Positions 9,298-18,781 are shown, counted from the stretch's first letter. The stretch: DNA of 64,000 nt from an uncultured Planctomycetota bacterium (GCA_963752285.1 CAVVXN010000005.1:1856001-1920000), one strand, 5' to 3'. Translations and numbers: made by a program. The notes: generated by a model from the sequence alone, not told the origin.

Positions 9298-10581
9298 GTG
9301 TCGGCGAGACCCCCCTCGCTCCTCGGGTTGGGACTCCTCCTCGGTCTCCTCGTGGCCCGCGGCGCCCCCGCGCGGCCCGATCCCCCGGAGGTCGAGGTCC
9401 GGCCCATCGAGGGCGAGGCGCAGACGGGGCCGCTCCTCCAGATGGACGCGGAGGGCCTCCGGCTCGCCGAGGGGGGCGGCGGCGCGTTCGCGTGGAACGG
9501 CGTGGTGCGGGTCCGGGTGCTCGAGCCGGCCGTGCCGAAGCTCACGGCCACGCCCCACGTCCGGATCACGCTGGTGGGCGGCGAGGTCCTGCTCGGCCGG
9601 CTCGGGGACACGAGCGAGAACGGGTTCACGCTCTCGACGCCCGAGATGGGCGACGTCGCCCTGCGCTACGAGGACCTGCGGACCCTCGCCGTCGTACCCG
9701 GCGACGCGGACGCGTGTTTCGACGCGGAAGCGCGGTTCCCGCCCCGGGAGCACGGAGACGTCGTCCACCTGGTCGGGGGCGACGCCGTGACCGGTCTGCT
9801 CCTCGGCATGTCGGGGCAGGGCCTTCGGCTCAAGACCGATCGCGGGGACGAGCGGCAGGTCGCGTGGTCGGACGTCGCGGTGCTCCAGCTCGAGAACGAC
9901 GCCCCCCCCGCGACCGACGGCCTGGGGGTCGAGGTGGAGACGGTGGAGGGCGCACGCTTCACGTGCGCCGCGCCGCCCCGGCTCGAGGGCGGGTCGCTCC
10001 ACCTCGCCCTTCGCACGCGGCCGAAGCTCGAGCTCACCCTCCCGCTCGAGCGCGTCGTGGCGCTCCGACCTTCGGGCGGGAGCCTGGTCTACGCGTCGAA
10101 CCTCCCGTTCGAGTGGACCTTCGTCACGCCCTGGAACGACCGGGAGGCGTCGGGCGAGACGTACACGCGCTTCATGGACTCCTGGTACCGCGTCCGCGCC
10201 GACCGTCGTCCCACCGGGTGTCCCCTCGTCCTCGACGGCACGCGCTACCCGCACGGCTTCGCCGCGCACGCCGACTCCACGGTCACGATCGCGCTGGACG
10301 GCGGCTACGCACGGTTTGCGTGCGTGTGCGGGCTCGACGACTCGGCCCTCGCCCACGTGGAAGCCCGCGGCGGAGGCGTCGTGAACCTCCGCGTGCTCGG
10401 AGACGACCGCGTCCTCTGGCACGCGGAGAACGTCGCGCTGGGCGAGAAGCCCCACGAGACCGGCCCGCTCGACGTCGCCGGCGTGAAGAAGCTCGTGCTC
10501 GAGGCGAAGGCCGTCGGCATGAGCTTCATGTACGACCAGGTCACGTGGGCGGATCCCATTCTCGTGCGGGCGGCACCGTGA
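9298..10581 (+). CDS. Exported NPCBM/NEW2-domain protein with four small beta-repeat modules
   Basis: Signal peptide (LLGLGLLLGLLVARGAPA). The C-terminus is NPCBM-like (YPHGFAAHADSTVTIALDGGYARF...GLDD...LDVAGVKKLVLE...TWADPIL). Confidence 0.8.
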   Translation: MSARPPSLLGLGLLLGLLVARGAPARPDPPEVEVRPIEGEAQTGPLLQMDAEGLRLAEGGGGAFAWNGVVRVRVLEPAVPKLTATPHVRITLVGGEVLLGRLGDTSENGFTLSTPEMGDVALRYEDLRTLAVVPGDADACFDAEARFPPREHGDVVHLVGGDAVTGLLLGMSGQGLRLKTDRGDERQVAWSDVAVLQLENDAPPATDGLGVEVETVEGARFTCAAPPRLEGGSLHLALRTRPKLELTLPLERVVALRPSGGSLVYASNLPFEWTFVTPWNDREASGETYTRFMDSWYRVRADRRPTGCPLVLDGTRYPHGFAAHADSTVTIALDGGYARFACVCGLDDSALAHVEARGGGVVNLRVLGDDRVLWHAENVALGEKPHETGPLDVAGVKKLVLEAKAVGMSFMYDQVTWADPILVRAAP

Positions 10582-10593
10582 CCCGCGCCGACC

Positions 10594-13467
10594 GTGATCC
10601 ACCTCGACCACGCGCCGGCGCTCGCGCTCCTCCTCGTCCTCGGACCGCTCGTCCTCCTGCTCGAGCTCCGCGCGGACGGGCCCCTCGGGCGGCGTCTGCT
10701 CCGCGCCGCGCTCAGAACCACCGTCGCGGCCCTCCTGCTCCTGGCCTGGGCGGGGCCGTCGGTCGACCGCGTCTCACCGACCGCGCGCCGCCGGCTGGTC
10801 GTGGCCGTCGAGCGGTCCGGGGACATGGGCGCGGCCGGGCTACGCGAGGCCCGGTCGATCGGGAGTCGGGCCCGCGCCGAGGCCGTGGCGAAGGGGTGGG
10901 CGGTGTCGTCCCTCTCGTTCACCGACGTCGCGCGCGACACGGAGGCGGGGACGGGCGAGGACCCGGACCCCGCGGCCGAGCCCGGCCCGACCCCCGGCCG
11001 CGCGCGCCCGGCCGCGGGCCTCGGCGCGGCGGGCCTTCGGCTCGAGCCCGGCGAGTCGGGCGAGGTCCTCCTTCTCGCGAGCGGCCGCGGGGACCTGTCG
11101 GGGCTCGGCGCGGCGGCGCGCGCGCTCGAGGCGGCGGGGCTCGCCGTCGTCGCGCGGGCGCTCCCCTCCGAGGCGCCGCCCCGGAGCGAGGGCGTGGTGC
11201 TCAGCTCGATCGACGCGCCCGCGCGGGCGCGGGGCCCGTTCGACGTGCGGGCCCGGGTCGCGGCGACCGGACCCGTGGACGTCGAGCTCCGCGCCGACGG
11301 CCACGTCGTCACGACACGCGCGCTCGACGCGACCCGCGGACCCGCGGACGTCGTGTTCGAGGACCTCGACCTCCCGCCCGGCGCGCACGAGCTCGCGATC
11401 GAGGCGCGACCGCGCGACGCGCCCACGACGGCGCGCCTCGCGCGACGCCTCGTCCTCGTCGAGGGCCCGCCACGCGTGCTCCTCTCGGTCGTGGACCCGC
11501 GGCGGGCGACCGTGAGACGCGCGCTCTCCGCCGAGGGATGGCCCGTAGACGCCGTGGAGCCGCCCGCTCTCGTCGCGGCCCTCGATCGCCGCGCCCACGA
11601 CGGCGCGGACCTGCGGCCCGAGGTGGTCGTCCTCGACGCCGCGTCCGCACGCGCGCTGGGCGAGGACGGACAGCGTGCGCTCGTCTCGCGCGTGAAGGAG
11701 GGGCTCGGACTCGTCCTGCTCGCGGGCGAGGACGCCGCCGCGTGGGATCCGCTCTCCACGGGACCGCTCGTGACCGTGCTCCCCCTGGTGCCTCGGCCGC
11801 CGCCGCCCGCCGCGCCGCCGCCGCCCCCGCCGAGCCCAACGCCCCAGCCGCCGACGCCGTTCGTCGAGCCCAAGCGGGAGGACGCGCCGGGCCACCACGC
11901 CGAACGGCGCCCCGAGGACGCGCTTCCGATCAGCCTGCTCCTCGTGCTCGACCGCAGCGGCAGCATGGAGGGCCCGAAGCTCGAGATGGCGATCGAGGCC
12001 GCGCGCCGCGCCGCCGCCGCGCTCTCGAAGGGGGACCGCGTGGGCGTCGTGACCTTCGCCGACGACGCGACGCTCGACGTTCCCCCCACGACGGTCTCCG
12101 AAATCGGCAACCTGGGCTGGTCGCTCCTCGGCGTGAAGGCGGGCGGCAACACCGACATCTACGCGGCGCTCCTCGAGGGCGCGCGCGTGCTGGCGAAGGA
12201 GAGCGCGCCGATCCGCCACCTCGTGCTGCTGACGGACGGTCATCACACGGGCCGCGAGGCGGTGTTCGGCCCGCTGATCGGCGAGATGGCGAAGCAGGGC
12301 ATCACGATTACGGCGGTGGGGCTCGGTCCCGACCACGACGACACGCTGCTCCGAAACGTCGCGATGTGGGCACCGCGCGGCCGCTACGTGCCCGCCGCGA
12401 CGGAGGACGCCCTGCCGACGATCCTCACGAACGACACGCTGCTCGTCCGCGAGCACCGGAGCGAGACGGCGAAGGCCCTGGGCCTCGTTCCCGAGGCGTC
12501 GGCGGGCGAGAAGCCTCCGAAGACGCCCGACGCGCCCCGGCCGACCCCGCCCCCGCCCACGCCCCCCGCGCCGGAGCCCAAGGGGCCGGACACGACGGCC
12601 GCGGCCGGGGGCGGGGCGGCGCTCGCGCCGCTCGTGGTGACGCGCCCCCACGAGGCGACGGAGGGTCTCGCCGAGCCGCTCCCCCGGGTCGCGCCCCCGC
12701 GGCCCTCGGACGTCCGCGCGGGCGCCGCGCTGCTCCTCGCCCGCGAGACGACGGCCGACGGCGCCTCGCGAGAGCCCGTGCTCGCGGCGGGGCGCCCGGG
12801 CCTCGGCCGCGTGCTGGCGCTCGCGCTCCCCGACTCGGACCCGGGGCTCCAGGCGTGGGACGGCACCGCACGGCTCCTCGTCCAGATGGTCCGCTCCGTC
12901 CGCGCGCCCGAGGGCGCGCTCTCTCCCGGCCCGCTCGCGAGCGTCCTTTACGCGCCGGACGGTGAGCGGCTCCGGCTCGACGCCCCCCCGGGCGCCTCGG
13001 CGCCCCCGGTCTCGGTCCGTTGGGAGACGACGGAGGACGACGGCGGCACGCGGACCGTGGACCTGGGCGAGTACGGCCCGGACGAGACGCGCGACCTCCT
13101 CCTCCCGCCGGCCCCTCCCGGACGGACGGCCGTGGTCACGATGACGCCCGCGGGGGCGGGAGGACGGGCCTTCACGCTCACGTACCTCGCGCGGGGCGCG
13201 CCGGCCGAGGGCCCCCGGGCGGGCGACCGGACGGCGCTCGCCGAGGCACTCGGACCCGGGGCGCTCGCGCGCCCGCTCCTCACCGCTCCCGTCGCTTCGT
13301 CGGCCCCCGGGCGCCGGCCTTGCGGACGGCTCGTGATCTTCCTCGCGATCCTCCTCCTGCCCCTCGACGTCGCCGCGCACCGCCACGCGACACGGGGGCA
13401 CGCGACACGGGGGCACGCGACACGGGGGCGCGCGACACGGGGGCACGCGGCCCGGAGGGCCTCGTGA
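10594..13467 (+). CDS. Membrane-anchored VWA-domain protein with Ig-like and GATase-like regions
   Basis: N- and C-terminal TM helices, an intact MIDAS (VLDRSGSM...GGNT...LLTDG) and Pro-rich linkers. Confidence 0.85.
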   Translation: MIHLDHAPALALLLVLGPLVLLLELRADGPLGRRLLRAALRTTVAALLLLAWAGPSVDRVSPTARRRLVVAVERSGDMGAAGLREARSIGSRARAEAVAKGWAVSSLSFTDVARDTEAGTGEDPDPAAEPGPTPGRARPAAGLGAAGLRLEPGESGEVLLLASGRGDLSGLGAAARALEAAGLAVVARALPSEAPPRSEGVVLSSIDAPARARGPFDVRARVAATGPVDVELRADGHVVTTRALDATRGPADVVFEDLDLPPGAHELAIEARPRDAPTTARLARRLVLVEGPPRVLLSVVDPRRATVRRALSAEGWPVDAVEPPALVAALDRRAHDGADLRPEVVVLDAASARALGEDGQRALVSRVKEGLGLVLLAGEDAAAWDPLSTGPLVTVLPLVPRPPPPAAPPPPPPSPTPQPPTPFVEPKREDAPGHHAERRPEDALPISLLLVLDRSGSMEGPKLEMAIEAARRAAAALSKGDRVGVVTFADDATLDVPPTTVSEIGNLGWSLLGVKAGGNTDIYAALLEGARVLAKESAPIRHLVLLTDGHHTGREAVFGPLIGEMAKQGITITAVGLGPDHDDTLLRNVAMWAPRGRYVPAATEDALPTILTNDTLLVREHRSETAKALGLVPEASAGEKPPKTPDAPRPTPPPPTPPAPEPKGPDTTAAAGGGAALAPLVVTRPHEATEGLAEPLPRVAPPRPSDVRAGAALLLARETTADGASREPVLAAGRPGLGRVLALALPDSDPGLQAWDGTARLLVQMVRSVRAPEGALSPGPLASVLYAPDGERLRLDAPPGASAPPVSVRWETTEDDGGTRTVDLGEYGPDETRDLLLPPAPPGRTAVVTMTPAGAGGRAFTLTYLARGAPAEGPRAGDRTALAEALGPGALARPLLTAPVASSAPGRRPCGRLVIFLAILLLPLDVAAHRHATRGHATRGHATRGRATRGHAARRAS
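13384..13449 (+). repeat. 15-bp tandem repeat CACGCGACACGGGGG, 4 copies plus a partial, encoding (HATRG)n
   Basis: Units start at 13384, 13399, 13414 and 13429 (one mismatch), with a partial unit at 13444. Confidence 0.95.
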
Positions 13468-14474
13468 CGAAGCCCGTGCTCGCGCTCTGTGTGGGCGACC
13501 CGTCGGGCATCGGGCCCGAGATCGCCCTGCGTCTCCTCCTCGAGGCGGAACGGCTCCCCGCGCGTCTGCTGCTGCTCGGGAGCGAGGACGCGCTCCGCCG
13601 GGACGCCGCGCTCGTCCCGGGCGCGGTCGTCCCGCCCCGGGTGGACGGCCCGGAAGCCTTCACGGCCTCGGACCTCGCGGTCGCCCTGTTCGAGCCGGGC
13701 CCGCCGCTTCGGCCGCTCCCCCCCGTCGGCGTGGTGGACCCGCGGGCGGGCGCGGCGAGCCACGCCTGGGTGCTCGCGGGGGCACGACTCGCGCTCGAGG
13801 GCCGCGTGGCGGGACTCGTGACCGGGCCCATCTCGAAGGGGGCGTGGCGGAAGGCGGGCGTGACCTCGCCCGGTCACACCGAGGCGCTCTGCGACCTCGC
13901 GGGCGTGCCGCGCGTGCTGATGCTCCTCGTCGGCGCGCGCCTCCGGGTCGCCCTGGCGACGATCCACGTGCCGCTCCGTGACGTTCCCTCGCTCCTCGAC
14001 ATGGGCGCTCTCACCGAGGGCCTGGTGCTCCTCGCGAGCGACCTCCGGCGCTTCGGCGTGGCGGAGCGGCCGCGGATCGCGGTCGCGGGACTGAACCCGC
14101 ACGCCGGCGAGGGCGGGCTCTTCGGGCGCGAGGAGAACGACGTGATCGAGCCGGCGGTCGAGGCCGCGCGCGGCCGCGGCGTGGACGCGTGGGGCCCGCT
14201 GCCCGCCGACGCGTGCATCCCGGCCGCCGCCGCCGGCTCCTACGACGCGGTCCTCGCGATGTACCACGACCAGGCGCTCCCGGCGGTGAAGGCCCTCGCG
14301 CCGCGCCGGGCCGTGAACGTCACGCTGGGCCTCCCGTTCCTGAGGACCTCCGTGGACCACGGAACGGCGTTCGACGTGGCGGGCCGAGGCGTCGCCACGG
14401 CGTCGTCGCTCGAGGAGGCGGTTCGCCTCGCGAGCCTGTGGACCCGAAACCGCGCGATCGCGGCTCAATCCTGA
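13464..14474 (+). CDS. pdxA: 4-hydroxythreonine-4-phosphate dehydrogenase
   Basis: Motifs GDPSGIGPEI, GHTE, NPHAGE, MYHDQ and NVTLGLPFLRTSVDHGTAFD. GTGA overlap with the VWA gene. Confidence 0.96.
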   Translation: MTKPVLALCVGDPSGIGPEIALRLLLEAERLPARLLLLGSEDALRRDAALVPGAVVPPRVDGPEAFTASDLAVALFEPGPPLRPLPPVGVVDPRAGAASHAWVLAGARLALEGRVAGLVTGPISKGAWRKAGVTSPGHTEALCDLAGVPRVLMLLVGARLRVALATIHVPLRDVPSLLDMGALTEGLVLLASDLRRFGVAERPRIAVAGLNPHAGEGGLFGREENDVIEPAVEAARGRGVDAWGPLPADACIPAAAAGSYDAVLAMYHDQALPAVKALAPRRAVNVTLGLPFLRTSVDHGTAFDVAGRGVATASSLEEAVRLASLWTRNRAIAAQS

Positions 14475-14552
14475 CGGGTCCCGCGCCGACCGAACGAGGG
14501 GACGGCCGAGGTCGCGCCGCGTCGATCGGGTCGGGTAGGATCCGCACGGGTC

Positions 14553-15110
14553 GTGGCCGGGACCGGGGCGAGAGCATTGCCGAAGAAGACCACCGATCTC
14601 CTCGACGTCTTCCGCCACCGTCCGGTGGAGGGCGGTTCGAGCGGGCGGCCGTCGAAGCGCCGCGCCTCGCGGTCGAAGGACCGCGCCTTCGAGGGCGTCT
14701 TCCTCGCGCCCCGCCAGCTCCTCTTCGTCTCCGCGATCGGCGTGCTCCTGCTCGCGCTCTCCTTCACCGTGGGTCTCGGCTTCGGACGCCACGGGGCCGA
14801 GCGTCCCACCCTCGAGAAGACGACGTCGGGCTCCTGGTGGATCCTCGGCCGGATGGGCGGCACCGACCCCGCCGGGCGTCCCCTCGACCCGGACCAGGTG
14901 AAGGCCGAGCTCGTGCGCGTACACGGCCTTCCCGCGCAGAACCTCCGGGTCGAGACCACGTCCGAGGGCGGTCTCGTCGTCTACCTCGGGCCCTGGACGG
15001 AGAAGGCCCCGGCCGAGGAGTACCTGCGGATCCACCACCTGGACGCGTCGGTCCTGCTCCGGGGCTCCGCCCCGTTCAGCCACGCGAAGGTGGTCTCCCG
15101 GGGGCGCTGA
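14553..15110 (+). CDS. Single-TM protein with a SPOR-like C-terminal domain
   Basis: One TM helix (LLFVSAIGVLLLALSFTVGLGFG). GGLVVYLGPWTEKAPAEEYLR resembles the SPOR V-x-x-G-P-F motif. The start is uncertain (GTG 14553 or TTG 14577). Confidence 0.6.
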   Translation: MAGTGARALPKKTTDLLDVFRHRPVEGGSSGRPSKRRASRSKDRAFEGVFLAPRQLLFVSAIGVLLLALSFTVGLGFGRHGAERPTLEKTTSGSWWILGRMGGTDPAGRPLDPDQVKAELVRVHGLPAQNLRVETTSEGGLVVYLGPWTEKAPAEEYLRIHHLDASVLLRGSAPFSHAKVVSRGR

Positions 15111-15219
15111 GCGCGGTCCCGCCGCCCGGTGCGAACGCGGGGCGCCGCCGGACCTGGGGTACCATCCTGGGCTCGCCGACCGGGCCGGTCGTGGCCCGCC
15201 TCTTCCCCCTGGGTGCGCC

Positions 15220-15450
15220 ATGTCCATCCACAAGAGCCTCAAGCTGAAGAACACGCTCGCCCGCCAGCGGAGCGTCCTGTCCCGCTGGGAGCGAATCGTG
15301 AAGCTCACGGAGGACGGGCGCTTCGAGGCGGGCCGCTCGGTGATGGGCCTCCCCAAGGTCCGCACCAAATTCCGCGTCCGCGTACGGAAGGTCGTCGCGC
15401 CGGGCGAGGGCGAGGCCAAGCCCGGCGAGGGCGAGGCGCCGAAGGCCTGA
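15220..15450 (+). CDS. PVC-superphylum small basic protein
   Basis: MSIHKSLK...RQRSVLSRWERI...GLPKVR matches the Chlamydiae/Verrucomicrobia/Planctomycetes small basic protein family. A TACCAT -10-like box lies at 15160. Confidence 0.9.
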   Translation: MSIHKSLKLKNTLARQRSVLSRWERIVKLTEDGRFEAGRSVMGLPKVRTKFRVRVRKVVAPGEGEAKPGEGEAPKA

Positions 15451-15504
15451 GGACGGCGGCGAAGCCTCGCCCCCGGCCGAGGTCGGCCGCCGGCCCCGCG
15501 CCCG

Positions 15505-16809
15505 CTAGGGCGCCCGGGGCGCCCGGACCGGCGGGCGAGCGTGCGTCCCCGGCGCGTCGTCGGGGAACCCGGGATAGCGGCCCTGGTTCTCCGCCCACCA
15601 GGCCATCACGTCCGCCGCGCCGGAGAAGCGCCGACCGGCGAGGCTCGCCGCGGTGTCCACGAGGATCGGCTCCACCCACGTGTGCTCGTACGCGGCGTCG
15701 ATCACGCGCACGTCGAGCACGACGCCTTCCGTGATCGTCGCGACGTCGGGGTTCGCGATGTTGCTCGCCTGCGCGATCTCGACGTCGTAGTCGCGCACGT
15801 ACGAGATCTGGTTGAGGAACGCGACGTAGCTCCGCGCGGAGCCGCCGTGCCCGCTGATGCGCTTCACCACGTACCCGAGGGCGCGCGTGTCGCCGAGCGT
15901 GGCCAACGCCTCGGCCGCGTTCCCGACGAGACGCGGGCTCTCGCTACCGAGCGCGCGGACGAACGGGACGGCGGTGTCGTCGTTGCCGAACGACTGCGCG
16001 GCGACGACGGCGGCGCGGCGCACGTCGGCGTCGAGGTCGCGGGCGCCCGAAAAGATGAGCGGCCTCAGCGCGACCTCGTCGCCGATCTCCCCCAAGAGGC
16101 GCGCGGAGGCGAGTCGCACGTGCGGGTCCCGGTCGTAGAGCGTGGCGAGCGCGGCGCGGACGCGCCGCTCCTTGGGCACGTGAACGAGCGCGAGGCGCGC
16201 GGCGGCGGTGAGAACGGGATCGTCGCCGGCGAGCGTGCGGATCGCGGAGCGCGTCGCGGGATCGTCGGCCGGAACCGAGACCGTCGGGGCGGCCGACTTC
16301 ACGCGCGCTTCGACCTCCGCGGGGAGCAGCCAGGCTCCCCCGTAGAGCACGAGGCCGCGGCGCCGCCGCGCCGTGTCTCCGTCCACCCAACGGCCGTCCA
16401 CGCGCTCTTCACCGAGCGCGCGGCGCGCCGCGGCGTGGTCGGGGTCGGCGGCGACCACGGCCTCGTACGCGCGCCGGGCGAGGTCCGCGAAGCCCTGGGT
16501 CTCGGCCTCGAGCGCGAGGCGGTACCAGCCCGCCGCGTCGTCCGCGGCCAGCGCCTTCGCGCGGGCCTCGAGCGCCCGCCGCGGGAACGCGCCCGGCTCG
16601 ACCGACAGGACGCGGTCGGAGGCGAGCGTCGTCTCGCCCGCGTCGGTCGTGACCGTGACGGAGCCGTCGGCGGCCTTCACGGCCTCGCCTTCGAGCACGA
16701 GGCCGTCCGCGGTCACGACGACGTCCGCCCGCGCGGTGCCCGCGGACGCGAGGCAGAGGAGGGCGGCGACCGCGTACGGACGGCCGGGGAGACGGGACAG
16801 CAGACGCAT
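15505..16809 (-). CDS. Exported HEAT-repeat protein with an N-terminal beta-module and a C-terminal secretin-like segment (434 aa)
   Basis: GAGGAG RBS, signal peptide ending ARA, DVVVTADGLVLEG module, a TPR-like segment (DPDHAAARRALG) and HEAT repeats (LYDRDPHVRLASARLLG). Confidence 0.85.
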   Translation of the reverse strand: MRLLSRLPGRPYAVAALLCLASAGTARADVVVTADGLVLEGEAVKAADGSVTVTTDAGETTLASDRVLSVEPGAFPRRALEARAKALAADDAAGWYRLALEAETQGFADLARRAYEAVVAADPDHAAARRALGEERVDGRWVDGDTARRRRGLVLYGGAWLLPAEVEARVKSAAPTVSVPADDPATRSAIRTLAGDDPVLTAAARLALVHVPKERRVRAALATLYDRDPHVRLASARLLGEIGDEVALRPLIFSGARDLDADVRRAAVVAAQSFGNDDTAVPFVRALGSESPRLVGNAAEALATLGDTRALGYVVKRISGHGGSARSYVAFLNQISYVRDYDVEIAQASNIANPDVATITEGVVLDVRVIDAAYEHTWVEPILVDTAASLAGRRFSGAADVMAWWAENQGRYPGFPDDAPGTHARPPVRAPRAP

Positions 16810-16874
16810 GGGGGGGGCTCCTCGACGGCACCCATGAGAACGTCGGGCCGAGGGGGCCTGCACGCCCGGGACCG

Positions 16875-18749
16875 TCAGCGGGCGTCGTCGCGACGCCGGG
16901 CCAGGAGGAACGCGGCCAGGAGGCCGGGCAGGAGGACCAGGCCGACGTAGACGAACGTGAGGTTCGCCTCGTCGGCGAGCCGCGAGAAGTGGATCTTGTC
17001 GTAGATCCGGAGCGGGTAGATCCGCGGGTCCACGAGCATCACCGCCTCGATCTCCCGCAGCGCGAGGACGAGGACCACGAGGGCGCCACCGAGCACGCCG
17101 CGCCCCGCGAGAGGCCCCCACACCCGGGCGAACCGGACGAGCGGGCCCGCGCCGAGGATCCGCGCCGCGTCCTCGTTGCCCCGTCGCACCTGGCGGAGCG
17201 CGAGCCACACGGCGAGGAGCGCGAAGGGGAGGAACCGCGCCGTCAGGACGAGGATCGACCGGGTCATCCCGCGCTCGACGAACGGCACGTCGAGCCTTGT
17301 CCACAAGACGACGGTCCCCACGGTGAACACGAGGCCCGGCACGGCGAGGGGCATCGCGCCCAGTCCGAGGACGGTCGCCCGCGCGAGACGGCCTCCGTCC
17401 CGCGCCCACCGCACGAGGATCACCGCGACGATCGTCGCGAGGAGCGCCGCGCCGAGGCCGCTCTTGATCCAGCGCACGAGGTCCTCGCCGGCACCCGGCG
17501 TGTGGGCGAACGCGCTCGCGAAGTCGAAGAGATGCCCCTCGCGCGCCGACGGCGCCGGGCCGCCCCCGGGGTTCGCGACGGTCTCGCCGGCGCCGAGGCC
17601 CCACCGCGCGACCCCGTAGAGGGGCAGCACGAGCGAGGCGGCGAGGAGCAGGATCAACGAGGCGGTGGCGACCACCTTCCCACGTGCGCGGAGGCGGACT
17701 CGCGGTCGGCCGCGGCGCCCCTCGCCGCCGGCCACCACGGGCGAACGACGGAGCCACAGGATCGCCAGCAGGAGCAGCACGGCCGTCAGGACGACGAACG
17801 GTGCGCCGGTCGCGACGGCCCGACCGGAGTTCGCGTTCTGCTTCCACTGGAGCAGGACCTCCGTGGGGAACACGTGCACCGGGGTCGAGCCGGTCGGCAT
17901 CATGAACCCCAGCAGGTCCGGCACGCCGAAGTCCGACCACGCGAGGAGGAACACGAGCGTCATCGATCCGAAGACGGCGGGCAGGAGCGCCGGGAGCACG
18001 ACGCGGCGCCATGCGGCGCGGCGGCCGCCGAGTAGACGCGCGGCCTCGTACGGTCCGACGGGCACCTCCGCGAGCGCGCGACCCACGAGGAGCGCGACGA
18101 GAGGGAAGAGCGTGAGCCCGAACACGATCGCGGCGTTCGTGAGCTGGAGGGCGCCGTTCTCGAGACCCAGGAAGCGGTGGAGGTTCCCCCCGATCGCGCG
18201 CACGCCTCCCATCGCCACGAAGAACGGCGGGAGGATCGCCGGTCCGACGACGAGCGCCGTCCACACGCGGCGGGCCGGGAGGTCGGTGCGGGCGAGGAGC
18301 CACGCGACGGGCAGGCCGATCAGGAGCGCGAGGAGCGCGCCGCCCGCCGCGAGGAGGGTGCTGTGCTCGAGCAGTCCGAGGGAGCGCGCGTCCGTGAGGA
18401 GGTTCCGATAGTGGTCGAGCGAGAAGACGGTCCGGACGCGGGCCACGTCCTTCTCCTTCTTCCGAACCGGCTCGACCTCTCCGGCCTGGGTCTTGACCCC
18501 GTACACGTAGAGCCAGTCCCCGCGCGAGTCCCGGACGTGCTCGACCTCGCCGAGCGCGCGGTGCGTCCCGCCGGAGCGGAGCGCTACCTCCACCACCTGG
18601 AACGACCGGAGGAACATCGCCCCCACCGGGAGGACGAGCCCCAGGAGGAGGACGAAGAGGGCGAACGCCACCGCGAGGAGGCGGCCGGGACGGCGGGCCC
18701 ACGAGGCCACGGGGCCGCGACGAGGCGTGTCCTTCGGGTGACGGTCCAC
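16875..18749 (-). CDS. FbpB/ThiP-type ABC transporter permease (two fused TM domains)
   Basis: Two EAA-like loops (YEAARLLGG, EDAARILGA), many TM helices and a GGAGG RBS before GTG 18749. Confidence 0.88.
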   Translation of the reverse strand: MDRHPKDTPRRGPVASWARRPGRLLAVAFALFVLLLGLVLPVGAMFLRSFQVVEVALRSGGTHRALGEVEHVRDSRGDWLYVYGVKTQAGEVEPVRKKEKDVARVRTVFSLDHYRNLLTDARSLGLLEHSTLLAAGGALLALLIGLPVAWLLARTDLPARRVWTALVVGPAILPPFFVAMGGVRAIGGNLHRFLGLENGALQLTNAAIVFGLTLFPLVALLVGRALAEVPVGPYEAARLLGGRRAAWRRVVLPALLPAVFGSMTLVFLLAWSDFGVPDLLGFMMPTGSTPVHVFPTEVLLQWKQNANSGRAVATGAPFVVLTAVLLLLAILWLRRSPVVAGGEGRRGRPRVRLRARGKVVATASLILLLAASLVLPLYGVARWGLGAGETVANPGGGPAPSAREGHLFDFASAFAHTPGAGEDLVRWIKSGLGAALLATIVAVILVRWARDGGRLARATVLGLGAMPLAVPGLVFTVGTVVLWTRLDVPFVERGMTRSILVLTARFLPFALLAVWLALRQVRRGNEDAARILGAGPLVRFARVWGPLAGRGVLGGALVVLVLALREIEAVMLVDPRIYPLRIYDKIHFSRLADEANLTFVYVGLVLLPGLLAAFLLARRRDDAR

Positions 18750-18781
18750 GCCGACCTCCGGGCCCGACGGGGGCCTGGCCC

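Noticed and set aside
13384..13449. Tandem repeat considered as a CRISPR array
   Set aside because: The 15-bp units are contiguous with no spacers, lie in frame within a CDS and have no cas genes nearby.
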